Shown: positions 20,263-29,452 of the stretch, in pieces
Layout: the number at the start of each line of letters is the position of its first letter
Numbering within the stretch: the first letter of the stretch is position 1
Source: Sphingomonas sp.
Lineage (GTDB): Bacteria; Pseudomonadota; Alphaproteobacteria; Sphingomonadales; Sphingomonadaceae
Assembly: GCA_013361785.1 (NCBI GenBank)
Contig: JABFXK010000040.1
Location: forward strand, 1-60,807
DNA: 60,807 nucleotides
Direction of reading: 5' to 3'
The notes under the pieces: generated by a model
Databases searched by the model: none
What the model was told of the DNA's origin: nothing
Seen by the model: only the letters and a program-made list of their open reading frames with translations
Program-made: the position numbers and the translations under genes

Positions 20263-20802
20263 ATGTCAGCGTCTTGGTTGAAAATTCTTCCTGCTGTGGC
20301 GGTGATCGCTCCCGCGCCAGCTGCGGCGACGGTCTATCTGACGATCCCCGCGGCGCAGCAGGCGATGTTCCCCGGCGCGCACTTCGTGGAGCATCCGCTG
20401 GCGCTGACGGACGCGCAGCGCAAAGCGATCGCCCAGGCGGCCGGCGCCCCGGGGTATGACAAGGTGCAGCGGGTGTGGGAGGTGCGGTCAGGCAACCATC
20501 GCGACGGCTGGTTCATGGTCGACCGAGTCATCGGCAAGCACGAGTTCATAACCTACGCGCTGGCGCTCGCCGTCGACGGCACCATCCGCGGCATCGAGAT
20601 TCTCGAATACCGGGAGACCTACGGCGGCGAGATCCGCAATCCCAACTGGCGGCGGCAGTTCGTGGGCAACCGGCCCGAGTCACAGCTCCAGCTCGACAAG
20701 GACATCAAGAACATCTCGGGGGCGACCTTGTCTTCGCGGCATGTGACCGACGGCGTCCGCCGGCTTCTCGCCACCTATCAGATGCTGCTGGCGAAGGCCT
20801 GA
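20263..20802 (+). CDS. Exported FMN-binding (flavinylated) protein
   Basis: Signal peptide, VIGKHEFITY, YRETYGGEI, ISGATLSS flavinylation motif. Confidence 0.85.
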   Translation: MSASWLKILPAVAVIAPAPAAATVYLTIPAAQQAMFPGAHFVEHPLALTDAQRKAIAQAAGAPGYDKVQRVWEVRSGNHRDGWFMVDRVIGKHEFITYALALAVDGTIRGIEILEYRETYGGEIRNPNWRRQFVGNRPESQLQLDKDIKNISGATLSSRHVTDGVRRLLATYQMLLAKA

Positions 20803-20805
20803 ACC

Positions 20806-21636
20806 ATGCGCCGCTGCCGCCCACTGCTCGGAACGTTTGTCGAGATCGACTGCGATCTGAAGGAGGGGTTCGACAGCGCCTTTGCCGCGATCGAACGCGT
20901 GCACCGGCTGATGAGCGCTCATGAGATCGACAGCGATGTCTCGCGGATCAACCGTTTCGCGCATCTGCGTCCATTCGATGTCAACGACTGGACCGCGCTC
21001 GTCATCGAACGGGCCTTGTTCTGGTCGAAGCGCAGCGAGGGCGCATTTGACGTGGTCCGCGCCGGCAAGGCGGCGATCACCAGCGGCTATCTGCCGCGCC
21101 ATGCCGATCAGCCCGAACCCGACGCCGCGCATTGGACCTGGCTCGAGCTCCAGGGCGGCTCTGTTCGGCTGATGAAGCCGGCCTGCATCGACCTCGGCGG
21201 CATTGCCAAGGGCTTTGCCGTCGATCGCGCGGTGGATGCGCTGCGCGCGGCCGGGTGCGAGCGCGGGTTGGTCAACGCCGGCGGGGATCTACGCTGCTTT
21301 GGACCAGGGCCGTGGCCGGTGAGCGTGGTCGCTCCGCTGAGCCGTCTGCCGGTCGCGGACATCGGCCTGGAGAATGGAGCGCTCGCGACCAGTGCCGGCG
21401 TGCCGCGGGGAGATGGCAATCTCGGCTTCGAACATCTCGGCGGCCCGGGGGGTCGATGGACTTCAGTATCGGTGCTTGCACGCACGGCATGCGACGCCGA
21501 TGCTTTGACGAAGATCGTCTGGGCCGAAGGGCTCGGGTCCGCGACGGTGCTTTCCGAAGTCGATGCAACCGCCCTCCTGATCTCGACGAACGGCAAGGTC
21601 GAGACCATCGGCGCCGAGGCGCTCGCAGCCGCATGA
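20806..21636 (+). CDS. apbE: FAD:protein FMN transferase
   Basis: LLGTFVEI, IDLGGIAKGFAVD, VNAGGDL, ALATS, ADALTK. Confidence 0.88.
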   Translation: MRRCRPLLGTFVEIDCDLKEGFDSAFAAIERVHRLMSAHEIDSDVSRINRFAHLRPFDVNDWTALVIERALFWSKRSEGAFDVVRAGKAAITSGYLPRHADQPEPDAAHWTWLELQGGSVRLMKPACIDLGGIAKGFAVDRAVDALRAAGCERGLVNAGGDLRCFGPGPWPVSVVAPLSRLPVADIGLENGALATSAGVPRGDGNLGFEHLGGPGGRWTSVSVLARTACDADALTKIVWAEGLGSATVLSEVDATALLISTNGKVETIGAEALAAA

Positions 21637-22073
21637 AGAAGGTTCGCCGTCCGGGCCCCTTGCCGCGATGGCAGAAATGGGCCGTCTATATCGGTTTCGG
21701 CTTGCTCGTCGCGACGGGGTTCGCCTGGCTGCTGTTCGACAAGTTTATCCGCGTGTCGGGCGAGTTCGGTCCGGAGCACCACCCGGCGGAACACTGGATG
21801 CTCGTTGGTCACGGCGTTGTCGCTTACGCATTCCTGATCGTCGGGGGCGCGATGATCCCCGTCCACATCACCCTGGGTTGGAACACCAGGCGTAACCTGA
21901 AGAGTGGCCTGACGCTTGCCGGCACCTGCATCGTCCTCGCCGTCAGCGCGCTCGGGCTTTACTATATTGGCGATGAGATCGGCCGTCAGTGGGTGAGCCT
22001 GATCCATTGGGCCGTCGGGCTCTTGGCCGCGCCGCTCCTGCTGATTCACGCGCTGCGCGGCCGGCGCCGCTGA
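21633..22073 (+). CDS. Membrane protein with intramembrane His residues
   Basis: About four TMs; HG, PVHI, IHW motifs; overlaps apbE stop. Confidence 0.65.
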   Translation: MKKVRRPGPLPRWQKWAVYIGFGLLVATGFAWLLFDKFIRVSGEFGPEHHPAEHWMLVGHGVVAYAFLIVGGAMIPVHITLGWNTRRNLKSGLTLAGTCIVLAVSALGLYYIGDEIGRQWVSLIHWAVGLLAAPLLLIHALRGRRR

Positions 22074-22156
22074 TCGGCGATCTTCCAAGAAAGCAGTTTG
22101 GCCTTCGGCCGCGACATCACGATCCACGAGGCTTGCGCCTCTCGGCCTCGCTTGTG

Positions 22157-22183
22157 CGTAACGGATCGCGCACCTCGTCCGAA
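22157..22183 (+). promoter_or_regulatory. SigF-type promoter
   Basis: CGTAACG-N16-CGAA. Confidence 0.78.
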
Positions 22184-22204
22184 TGAGGGTGGCAAGGAGG
22201 GCCG

Positions 22205-24346
22205 ATGCGCCGACGCACCATACTGAAGCTCGTTCTGGTCCTGTTGCTGATCGCGGGCGTCGGCCTCTTCTTCGGGCTTGGCCTGGATCATCATCTGACC
22301 TTGAGCGAGCTCAAGTCGCGCAAGGACGAGCTCGTAGCAGCCTATGAAGCGCGGCCGCTGCTGTTCGCCGGCCTCTTCTTCATCTTCTACGTCATGGCGA
22401 CGGCATTCTCGTTCCCGGGCGCGGCGGTGCTGACCATGGCCTCGGGTGCGATCTTCGGCTTCTGGATCGGCGTCCTCATCGATTCCTTCGCCTCGACCAT
22501 CGGCGCCAGCCTCGCCTTCCTGTCCTCGCGATACTTGCTTCGGGACTGGGTTCGGCGGCGTTTCGGACGCCGGGCCGAGGCAATCGATCGCGGCGTCGAA
22601 CGCGACGGCAAATTCTATTTGCTGAGCCTGAGACTGATTCCCGCCTTTCCCTTCTTCCTGGTCAACATTGCCATGGGCCTCACCGCGATGCGGCTGGCGC
22701 CTTATTATCTCATCAGCCAGATCGGCATGCTTCCCGGGACGATGGTCTATGTGAACGCGGGCCGCCAGCTCGGCTCCATCCACAGCCTTGGCGACGTCTT
22801 GTCGCTGCGCGTGATCGGCGCACTGGTGCTGCTCGCCTTGGTCCCGATCGCCGCCAAGGCGTTCATCGGGAGTATGCGCCGCCGGCAGATCTACTCGGGT
22901 TACAGGAAGCCGACGACGTTCGACCGCAATCTCATCGTCGTCGGCGCGGGCGCCGGCGGGCTCGTCAGCGCCTATCTCGCCGCCAATTTCAAGGCCAAGG
23001 TCACACTCATCGAAGCGGGAACGATGGGTGGCGATTGCCTCAACACGGGCTGCGTCCCGTCCAAGGCGCTGATCCGCAGCGCCCGCGCGGCCCATGAGAT
23101 CCGACGGGCAGAGGAGTTCGGACTGAAGGCAGCGGACGCGCAGGTCGACTTCAAGCGCGTGATGGAGCGCGTGCGGTCGGTCATTCGCGAGATCGCCCCG
23201 GCCGACAGCGTCGAACGGTACGAGAGCCTCGGCGTCGACGTTCGCAAGGGATTTGCCAGGCTGGTCGATCCCTGGACGGTGGTGACCGACCGGGGCGACC
23301 GCCTGACCGCGCGCTCGATCATCCTCGCCACCGGCGGCGAGCCGGTCGTGCCCAAAATTCCCGGCATCGAACAGTCGGCTTATCTCACCAGCGACACGAT
23401 GTGGGACGCGCTGTCGAAGCGCGACTCGGTGCCGGAGCGCCTCGTCATCATCGGCGGCGGCCCGATCGGGACGGAAATGGCGCAGGCCTTCGCCCGCCTC
23501 GGGTCGACGGTGACGCTCGTCGAGGAGGCCGACCGTATCCTCTCCAAGGAAGATGAGGATGTGTCGGCGTTCGTCGCGGAGGTGCTTCGCTCCGACGGCG
23601 TCGAGATCCTGACCGGTCATCGCGCCGCGCGCTTCGAGAAGAAGCAGCTGATCGCAACCGCCGCCGGCCGCAATATGAAGATCCCGTTCGACGATTTGAT
23701 CCTGGCCATTGGCCGCAAGGCCCGGCTCCGCGGCTACGGCCTCGAGAATCTCGGGATCGAAACCGACAAGGCGATCGTCACGAATGAATGGCTCGAGACG
23801 CTCTATCCGAACATCTATGCGGTTGGAGACGTTTCCGGCCCCTATCAGTTCACGCATTTCGCGGCGCACCAGGCGGGCTATGCGGTGATCAACGCTTTGT
23901 TCGGCTCATTCAAGCGCTTCCGCGCGGACTATTCGGTGCTGCCGTGGACGACCTTCACCGATCCCGAAGTCGCCCATGTCGGTCACAATGAGCTTTCGGC
24001 CAAGGAGGCGAGAATAGCCTTTGAAGTCGTGCGTTACGACCTCGGCCACCTCGACCGGGCGATCACGGACGGTGCGAACCGCGGCTTCGTCAAAATCCTG
24101 ACCAAGCCCGGCAGCGACCGCATCCTTGGCGCAACGATCGTCGCGGCCGAGGCCGGAGAGCTGCTAGCCGAACTTGTGCTGGCGATGCGGCACGGGATCG
24201 GCCTCAAGAAGATTCTTTCGACCATTCACGCCTATCCGACGCTGGCTGAAGCCAACCGCCACGCCGCGGGCGAGTGGCGCAAGACGCACAAGCCCGAACG
24301 ACTGCTCAACCTCGCCGAGCGCTATCACGCCTGGCGCCGCGGATGA
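22205..24346 (+). CDS. VTT/TVP38 (DedA-like) domain fused to pyridine nucleotide-disulfide oxidoreductase
   Basis: LRLIPAFPFFLVN membrane domain, then GAGAGG, GGDCLNTGCVPSK, HAYPT. Confidence 0.88.
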   Translation: MRRRTILKLVLVLLLIAGVGLFFGLGLDHHLTLSELKSRKDELVAAYEARPLLFAGLFFIFYVMATAFSFPGAAVLTMASGAIFGFWIGVLIDSFASTIGASLAFLSSRYLLRDWVRRRFGRRAEAIDRGVERDGKFYLLSLRLIPAFPFFLVNIAMGLTAMRLAPYYLISQIGMLPGTMVYVNAGRQLGSIHSLGDVLSLRVIGALVLLALVPIAAKAFIGSMRRRQIYSGYRKPTTFDRNLIVVGAGAGGLVSAYLAANFKAKVTLIEAGTMGGDCLNTGCVPSKALIRSARAAHEIRRAEEFGLKAADAQVDFKRVMERVRSVIREIAPADSVERYESLGVDVRKGFARLVDPWTVVTDRGDRLTARSIILATGGEPVVPKIPGIEQSAYLTSDTMWDALSKRDSVPERLVIIGGGPIGTEMAQAFARLGSTVTLVEEADRILSKEDEDVSAFVAEVLRSDGVEILTGHRAARFEKKQLIATAAGRNMKIPFDDLILAIGRKARLRGYGLENLGIETDKAIVTNEWLETLYPNIYAVGDVSGPYQFTHFAAHQAGYAVINALFGSFKRFRADYSVLPWTTFTDPEVAHVGHNELSAKEARIAFEVVRYDLGHLDRAITDGANRGFVKILTKPGSDRILGATIVAAEAGELLAELVLAMRHGIGLKKILSTIHAYPTLAEANRHAAGEWRKTHKPERLLNLAERYHAWRRG

Positions 24347-24945
24347 TGGACACGCGGATCATCATCTTCGCCAAGGCGCCGGTCCCCGGCAGGGTGAAGA
24401 CGCGTCTCGCTCCGGCCCTGGGAGAAGACGGGGCGGCTGCGCTCGCGCGCACGATGCTGCTGCACACGATCAAGGAGGCCAGCCTTGCCGGCGTCGGCAA
24501 GCCGGAAATCTGCGCGGACCCCGATCCGCCGCATCCCGACTGGCAGGGCCTGCTTCCGGCGGGGTTTCGCACATCGACCCAGGGCGAAGGAGACCTCGGC
24601 GAGCGCCTCGCCCGAGCGGTGCAGCGCGCGCTTCGCGAGGATGCCGCCGTTCTGCTCATCGGCACAGACTGCCCGGCGCTGGACCGGTTCCGCCTCTGTC
24701 GGGCCGCCGCCGATCTTCGGGACCATGATGCCATCATTCATCCGGCGGCGGACGGCGGCTACGTTGCGCTCGGCCTCCGCAGATATGATGCGTCGCTGTT
24801 CAGCGGCATCGCCTGGAGTACCAGCTCGGTCGCCAAGCAGACGATTGAGCGCATCAGGCGACTGGATTGGACACTCCGAATCCGCGAGACGCTGCGCGAC
24901 GTCGATGTCCCCGAGGACCTGAAAGCTGAGGGTCTCGCACCATGA
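24343..24945 (+). CDS. TIGR04282/DUF2064 family transferase
   Basis: IFAKAPVPGRVKTRL, QGEGDLGERL, IGTDCP, PAADGGY, DVDVPED. Confidence 0.88.
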   Translation: MMDTRIIIFAKAPVPGRVKTRLAPALGEDGAAALARTMLLHTIKEASLAGVGKPEICADPDPPHPDWQGLLPAGFRTSTQGEGDLGERLARAVQRALREDAAVLLIGTDCPALDRFRLCRAAADLRDHDAIIHPAADGGYVALGLRRYDASLFSGIAWSTSSVAKQTIERIRRLDWTLRIRETLRDVDVPEDLKAEGLAP

Positions 24946-24988
24946 CCATTGCACAGCGACGCCAGGCGCCGGCGCCCGCCGCCGGTCC

Positions 24989-25573
24989 GTGAACACCCAG
25001 TCGCACATGCTGATGGGAGGCGCCCTCTTCGGAGGACATGATCGGCGGCGCATTGCCGTCGGTATGCTGGGCGGCCTCGCGCCCGACATTCCGCAGATCC
25101 TGATCTTCGCCAGCCTCAGAATGCTCGGCGCGCAGGACAAGACGATCTTCGGAACGCTCTATTTTTCGAACTGGTGGCAGATCGCCAACGCGCTCGGGCA
25201 CTCATTCCTGCTCTGGGGCAGCCTGCTTGCGCTCGCGGTGCTCGCAGACAGGCGCCGCGCATCCGCGGGGATGTCCTCGCTGTCGGTGTTCGCTGCCGCC
25301 GGCCTGACCCACTGCCTCGTCGATTTCCTCGTTCACCGCGAGGACGCTCATATGCAGTTCTGGCCGCTGTCGCGCTGGAAGTTCGTCTCACCCGTCTCTT
25401 ATTATGACCCGGCCCATTACGGCCTCTATTTCGCATGGTTCGAGGCGACTCTGGGTCTTTCCATGGCGGTGCTGCTGATGGTCCGCGTCCGCAACCTTTG
25501 GGCCCGCCTCGGCCTGGCGACGATCGCCCTCCCTTATGCGGCGGTCCCCGCTTATTTCCTCCTGTTCCGGTGA
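24989..25573 (+). CDS. Membrane metal-dependent hydrolase-like protein
   Basis: MNTQSH, GGLAPD, GHS, THCLVDFLVHREDAH, FWPLS. Confidence 0.65.
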   Translation: MNTQSHMLMGGALFGGHDRRRIAVGMLGGLAPDIPQILIFASLRMLGAQDKTIFGTLYFSNWWQIANALGHSFLLWGSLLALAVLADRRRASAGMSSLSVFAAAGLTHCLVDFLVHREDAHMQFWPLSRWKFVSPVSYYDPAHYGLYFAWFEATLGLSMAVLLMVRVRNLWARLGLATIALPYAAVPAYFLLFR

Positions 25574-25592
25574 TGCTGCAGGAGCGACCTGG

Positions 25593-26306
25593 ATGAACCT
25601 GTCCCTCCTTGCCATGCTCGCAGCCGCCGCCGGGAATATTGTCTGGGTCGGTCACTTCGCGGGGAGCGGCGCACCACCGGCGCCGTGGCGGGTGGTGCAG
25701 CTCAAGCGGACCATCCCGCCGACGCACTACAGACTGACCAGCATCGACGGCGTGCCCGCCGTCGAAGCGGTGGCTCACTCGAGCATGGCGCTACTCGTCC
25801 GACCGGTTGCGGTGGACCTCGCCCGGACTCCCATCCTCTGCTGGAAATGGCGGATCGAGGCGCCGGTCGCGGCGGCGGACATGACCAAGAGGAGCGGAGA
25901 CGATTATGCGGCGCGAATCTATGTCGCCTTCGACATGCCGACGAGTGCACTGAGCCTCGGCACACGCCTGAAGCTCGCGCTCGCCAGGAATATTTACGGC
26001 GAGGCGGTCCCTGACGCGGCGATCAACTATGTGTGGGACAATAAGCATCCGATCGGTACCTGGCAGAAGAGCGCCTACACCGACCGCGCGCAGCTCATCG
26101 TCAAGGAGAGCGGCAATGGGCGGGAGCGCCAATGGGTTGCGGAGCGTGCCGACATTGCGGCCGACTTCGCGCGCGCCTTCGGCGGCAGGCCCGGAGTTCC
26201 GGTCGAGGTCGCCGTCGCGACGGACACGGACAATACGAAAAGCCAGGCGCAAGCGGCCTTCGCGGACCTGAGATTCGTGCCGCGGTTGGCGGATTGTCCG
26301 GCTTAG
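25593..26306 (+). CDS. DUF3047 domain protein
   Basis: PILCWKWRI, GDDYAARIYVAF, INYVW, TDTDNT. Confidence 0.85.
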   Translation: MNLSLLAMLAAAAGNIVWVGHFAGSGAPPAPWRVVQLKRTIPPTHYRLTSIDGVPAVEAVAHSSMALLVRPVAVDLARTPILCWKWRIEAPVAAADMTKRSGDDYAARIYVAFDMPTSALSLGTRLKLALARNIYGEAVPDAAINYVWDNKHPIGTWQKSAYTDRAQLIVKESGNGRERQWVAERADIAADFARAFGGRPGVPVEVAVATDTDNTKSQAQAAFADLRFVPRLADCPA

Positions 26307-27007
26307 TCCGTCAGTTGCTCGACCGCCCGCGCGATGAATCCGCTCTCGAGGCTTGAAAGCCCTTCCGCCAGGCCAATCAGGGATTTCTCCCTGAGGTCCG
26401 GCGACTCCATGAAATCAGGATATGGCTTGCCACGGTCGAGATAGGCCGCCATCAGTCCTGCGCGCTTCGTCCCGTGGACGTCCCATGGATGAGCGGCAAT
26501 CAGCATGAGCTGGTCCGGGCGTACGTCCGCTTCGCGGGCGGCATGAAGATAGACCTCGGGATGGGGCTTTGCGCGTTTGACGTCGTCGGTAGAGATCAGT
26601 CTTTCGAACAGCTCCGACAGGCCAGCGCCTTGCAAGAGCTTTTTGGTGTTCGACCGGCTGCCGTTGGTCAGCGCGAGCATTCGGAAACCGGCATCTTTCA
26701 GCGCCTCAAGACCCGGAGCCACGTCAGCATGCGCAGGAAGCGAACCCATGGCTTCGATCAGTTGCTTCTTGTCGATCATGCCGCCCTGCTTTGCGCTGAC
26801 CTCGTCGGCCGCACTCTCGAGGATCTGCTTCATCGGCGAATAGCTGCCGCACGCCGTCAGCGCGAACATGTCGCGCAAGGCGGTCGCGAACCAGAGCTCA
26901 AGACCGTCCCTGGGCAGGCCCGCTTGCTGGAAATGCTGCCGCAGAGGCTCGAGGCTGAACAGGGTCTCGATCACATCAAAGGCAAGGACCTGTGGGCGTG
27001 CAGTCAT
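26303..27007 (-). CDS. Haloacid dehalogenase type II (HAD)
   Basis: AFDVIETL, ALTNGS, KPHPEVY, AAHPWDVHG. Confidence 0.85.
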   Translation of the reverse strand: MTARPQVLAFDVIETLFSLEPLRQHFQQAGLPRDGLELWFATALRDMFALTACGSYSPMKQILESAADEVSAKQGGMIDKKQLIEAMGSLPAHADVAPGLEALKDAGFRMLALTNGSRSNTKKLLQGAGLSELFERLISTDDVKRAKPHPEVYLHAAREADVRPDQLMLIAAHPWDVHGTKRAGLMAAYLDRGKPYPDFMESPDLREKSLIGLAEGLSSLESGFIARAVEQLTD

Positions 27008-27053
27008 GGGCGGACTCCTTCAAGACCCAAGCGCCGTCACCACGACGGAGTTC

Positions 27054-27686
27054 CTAGGACGCCGGCCCTTCCGCGCGATTTTGCACCGGCGCATCGCCGG
27101 CAAGCATCCTCGCGAGCTTCGAATAACTTGGCTCCGCGCTGTGCGGATCGGGACCGGCTTCGCCCATGCGCTTCCGCCGCGCCTCGACCTCTTCCGCGGA
27201 TCTCAGTCTCGGATCTTCGATGATCCCTGCGCCGAGCACGATCCGATTCATCATGTTGAACAAGGCGCAGACGCTGATCGCGTCGAACAGGGCACGTTCG
27301 TCCCATCCTGCGTCGTAGACCCGGCGGGCATCGGCAGGAGCGATCTTGGCCGGATCGAGGGTCAGCTTGCGGACATAAGCGAGGAGCGGCTTGAGCCGCT
27401 CGTCGACGGACGCGGTGTCCGGATCGGCCATGAGCCCGGCAAAGAGCATTTCGTCGATCCCGTGGGCGCCCGCCGCGATGGCATGCGCGCCATGGCAGAA
27501 CTCGCAGGCATTGAGGCCCGACACATAAGCGGCGATCAGCTCGCGCTCGCCGACCGTCAGCGGCGATTCATCGCGCAGCAGCCGGTCATGATAGTCGAGC
27601 AGCGCCGGAACCGCGTGAGGAAAGAGTCTGAACAGCTCAAGCAGCTGGGCGTCCTGTGGGAGCGAGGGAAATATCGGGTTCGTCAC
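27054..27686 (-). CDS. AhpD/carboxymuconolactone decarboxylase family peroxidase-related protein
   Basis: ERELIAAYVSGLNACEFCHGAH, FNMMNRIV. Confidence 0.85.
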   Translation of the reverse strand: MTNPIFPSLPQDAQLLELFRLFPHAVPALLDYHDRLLRDESPLTVGERELIAAYVSGLNACEFCHGAHAIAAGAHGIDEMLFAGLMADPDTASVDERLKPLLAYVRKLTLDPAKIAPADARRVYDAGWDERALFDAISVCALFNMMNRIVLGAGIIEDPRLRSAEEVEARRKRMGEAGPDPHSAEPSYSKLARMLAGDAPVQNRAEGPAS

Positions 27687-27782
27687 TCATCCGGTCCATA
27701 GCGAGCGCACGAGCGGCCGCGCCGCTCATGGCGAAGTCTATTGAAGGGGCGCCCGCACTGCGGACGCCCGACTCTCTTCAGA

Positions 27783-27902
27783 CTACCAGCAACAGGGCAG
27801 ACCGCAGGCCCGTGCCGCCGCGTGCACGGCTTCGGGCGCCGCGGCGTAAGCGGCCGAAGCGGCGAAGAACAAAGTTGCCGCACCCAACAAAAGTTTCCTC
27901 AT
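27783..27902 (-). CDS. 39-aa exported peptide with C-terminal CGLPCCW
   Basis: AGGAG RBS; MRKLLLGAATLFFAASAAYAAAPEAVHAAARACGLPCCW. Confidence 0.65.
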   Translation of the reverse strand: MRKLLLGAATLFFAASAAYAAAPEAVHAAARACGLPCCW

Positions 27903-27948
27903 CGTCACGCTCCTATCGTGGTCGAAGTAAACAATGGTAACCTCCGGC

Positions 27949-28341
27949 TCAAGCAATCGGCTGGAGCGACCCGGTACCTCTGGGCGTCTTGATCTTCGCA
28001 CAGGTTCCCTTCTCCACCAGCTTGAAGGCGTTGCCTTGATAGTCGACCTTGGACGTCCCCGCGCAGGTCGTGCCCGGGCCAGCCTTGCAATCGTTCTGCC
28101 CAGCCTTGGCGACGCCGTAGCATTTCTCGACCGTGCCGGTGCTCAGCTTGGCCATGGTCGCGTTCATCGCCGCCATATTGCCCTGCATTTCGCCCATCGC
28201 CATGTTGTCCATCGACGCATTTTCCGCGGGCATGTTCGCCTCAGCCGTTTGCTGCTGATTTTCGGCATTCTGCTTTGCCTGCGTACATCCGCCGAGCGTC
28301 GCGAGCGCGATCGTCGCGGCGGCGAGTGCGGTACCATTCAT
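27949..28341 (-). CDS. Second BufA1/DUF2282 precursor, predicted lipoprotein with Met-rich linker
   Basis: Lipobox LGGC; core [26 protein letters not shown]...GTC. Confidence 0.85.
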   Translation of the reverse strand: MNGTALAAATIALATLGGCTQAKQNAENQQQTAEANMPAENASMDNMAMGEMQGNMAAMNATMAKLSTGTVEKCYGVAKAGQNDCKAGPGTTCAGTSKVDYQGNAFKLVEKGTCAKIKTPRGTGSLQPIA

Positions 28342-28391
28342 GTCTTTCCTCCTCTGTTCCCCGCTCGGCGGATGGACTCCGCGGATCATCA

Positions 28392-28418
28392 TTCGCGCGC
28401 GAGTCGCATTTGGTTACA
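28392..28418 (-). promoter_or_regulatory. SigF-type promoter
   Basis: TGTAACC-N16-CGAA. Confidence 0.8.
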
Positions 28419-28546
28419 TTGTGAACAAGGTCGGGGAACAGAAGCAGCACTCCGCGCCGCCGACTTAAGCGGCCGCTCGATCTGGCTGGCATCCGGATTT
28501 GCAGGTCTTCGACGGCTCGGAACCGCCAGTGAGGAAGGGCGCCCGG

Positions 28547-28951
28547 TCAGTTCGTCAGCGCATCCAATATTGGACATTCAGGGACAGTGTCGCCCGAGCA
28601 ATGCGATGCCGTCTCGGCGAGGACGCTTTCGATTTGCTGGAGGTCCCGGATCTTCGCGCGAATGTCGGCGAGATGGACTTCGGTGCGCGCCTTGACCTCG
28701 GCACAGGTCTGCGTGCCGCGATCCACCAAAGCGAGCAGGCCGCGGACCTCATCGAGCGAGAAGCCGAGCTCGCGCGCCCGAAGGATGAAGCGAAGCCGCG
28801 AGACATGCGCCGGATCGTAAATGCGATAGCCGGCCGCTGTCCGGGGCGGGTCGGGCATCATCCCAATCTTTTCGTAATAGCGGACGGTTTCGAGGTTGCA
28901 GCCTGTCTGCCGCGCCAGCTCCGCCCGCTGAAGGCCCAACCTGTTCGCCAT
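28547..28951 (-). CDS. merR: Hg(II)-responsive MerR regulator
   Basis: ETVRYYEKIG, TCAEV, HCSGDTVPECP; divergent from merT. Confidence 0.85.
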   Translation of the reverse strand: MANRLGLQRAELARQTGCNLETVRYYEKIGMMPDPPRTAAGYRIYDPAHVSRLRFILRARELGFSLDEVRGLLALVDRGTQTCAEVKARTEVHLADIRAKIRDLQQIESVLAETASHCSGDTVPECPILDALTN

Positions 28952-28966
28952 TCGCGATAAACGCCC

Positions 28967-28997
28967 TTGAGTCTGTAGTTACTACAGACCTTAAATC
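28967..28997 (+). promoter_or_regulatory. mer promoter/operator
   Basis: TTGAGT-19 bp-TAAATC with perfect dyad GTCTGTAGT-T-ACTACAGAC (28971-28989). Confidence 0.85.
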
Positions 28998-29027
28998 GCG
29001 TTCAACGGACCCACAAGGTGATTCGTC

Positions 29028-29426
29028 ATGGACGAGATCAGAAAGATGAATCGAGGACTGGACCCGGGGCTTGCTCCGTCAGGCAGCCGGGACGGCTGGC
29101 TGGCGGCGGGCGGCGTGATCGGGGCCATTCTGGCATCGACCTGCTGTGTCGTCCCCCTCGTCCTCGTCATGCTGGGCGTATCCGGCGCCTGGATCGGCAA
29201 CCTCACCATGCTCGAGCCGTACAAGCCCTTGTTCGCGGCCGTTGCTCTGGTCTTTGTCGGCCTCGGCTTCTGGCATGTCTATTTCAGGACGGAGCGCAAA
29301 TGCGCCGAGGGCTCCTACTGCGCACGCCCGCGCTCGTCGATCATCACCAAATCCGCGCTTTGGATCGCAACGATCCTGATCGCGGCGGCGCTCACCATCA
29401 ATTGGTGGGCTCCATATTTCTACTGA
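29028..29426 (+). CDS. merT: Mercuric transport protein
   Basis: ASTCCVVPLVL, GAWIGNLT.LEPY, CAEGSYC. Confidence 0.9.
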   Translation: MDEIRKMNRGLDPGLAPSGSRDGWLAAGGVIGAILASTCCVVPLVLVMLGVSGAWIGNLTMLEPYKPLFAAVALVFVGLGFWHVYFRTERKCAEGSYCARPRSSIITKSALWIATILIAAALTINWWAPYFY

Positions 29427-29452
29427 ACGCGCATCTCCGAAGGAGGAAACTC

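Noticed and set aside
22205-24346. Calling this or 31599-32948 a mercuric reductase
   Set aside because: Both lack the C-terminal CC pair; only 30032-31456 has it and lies in mer context
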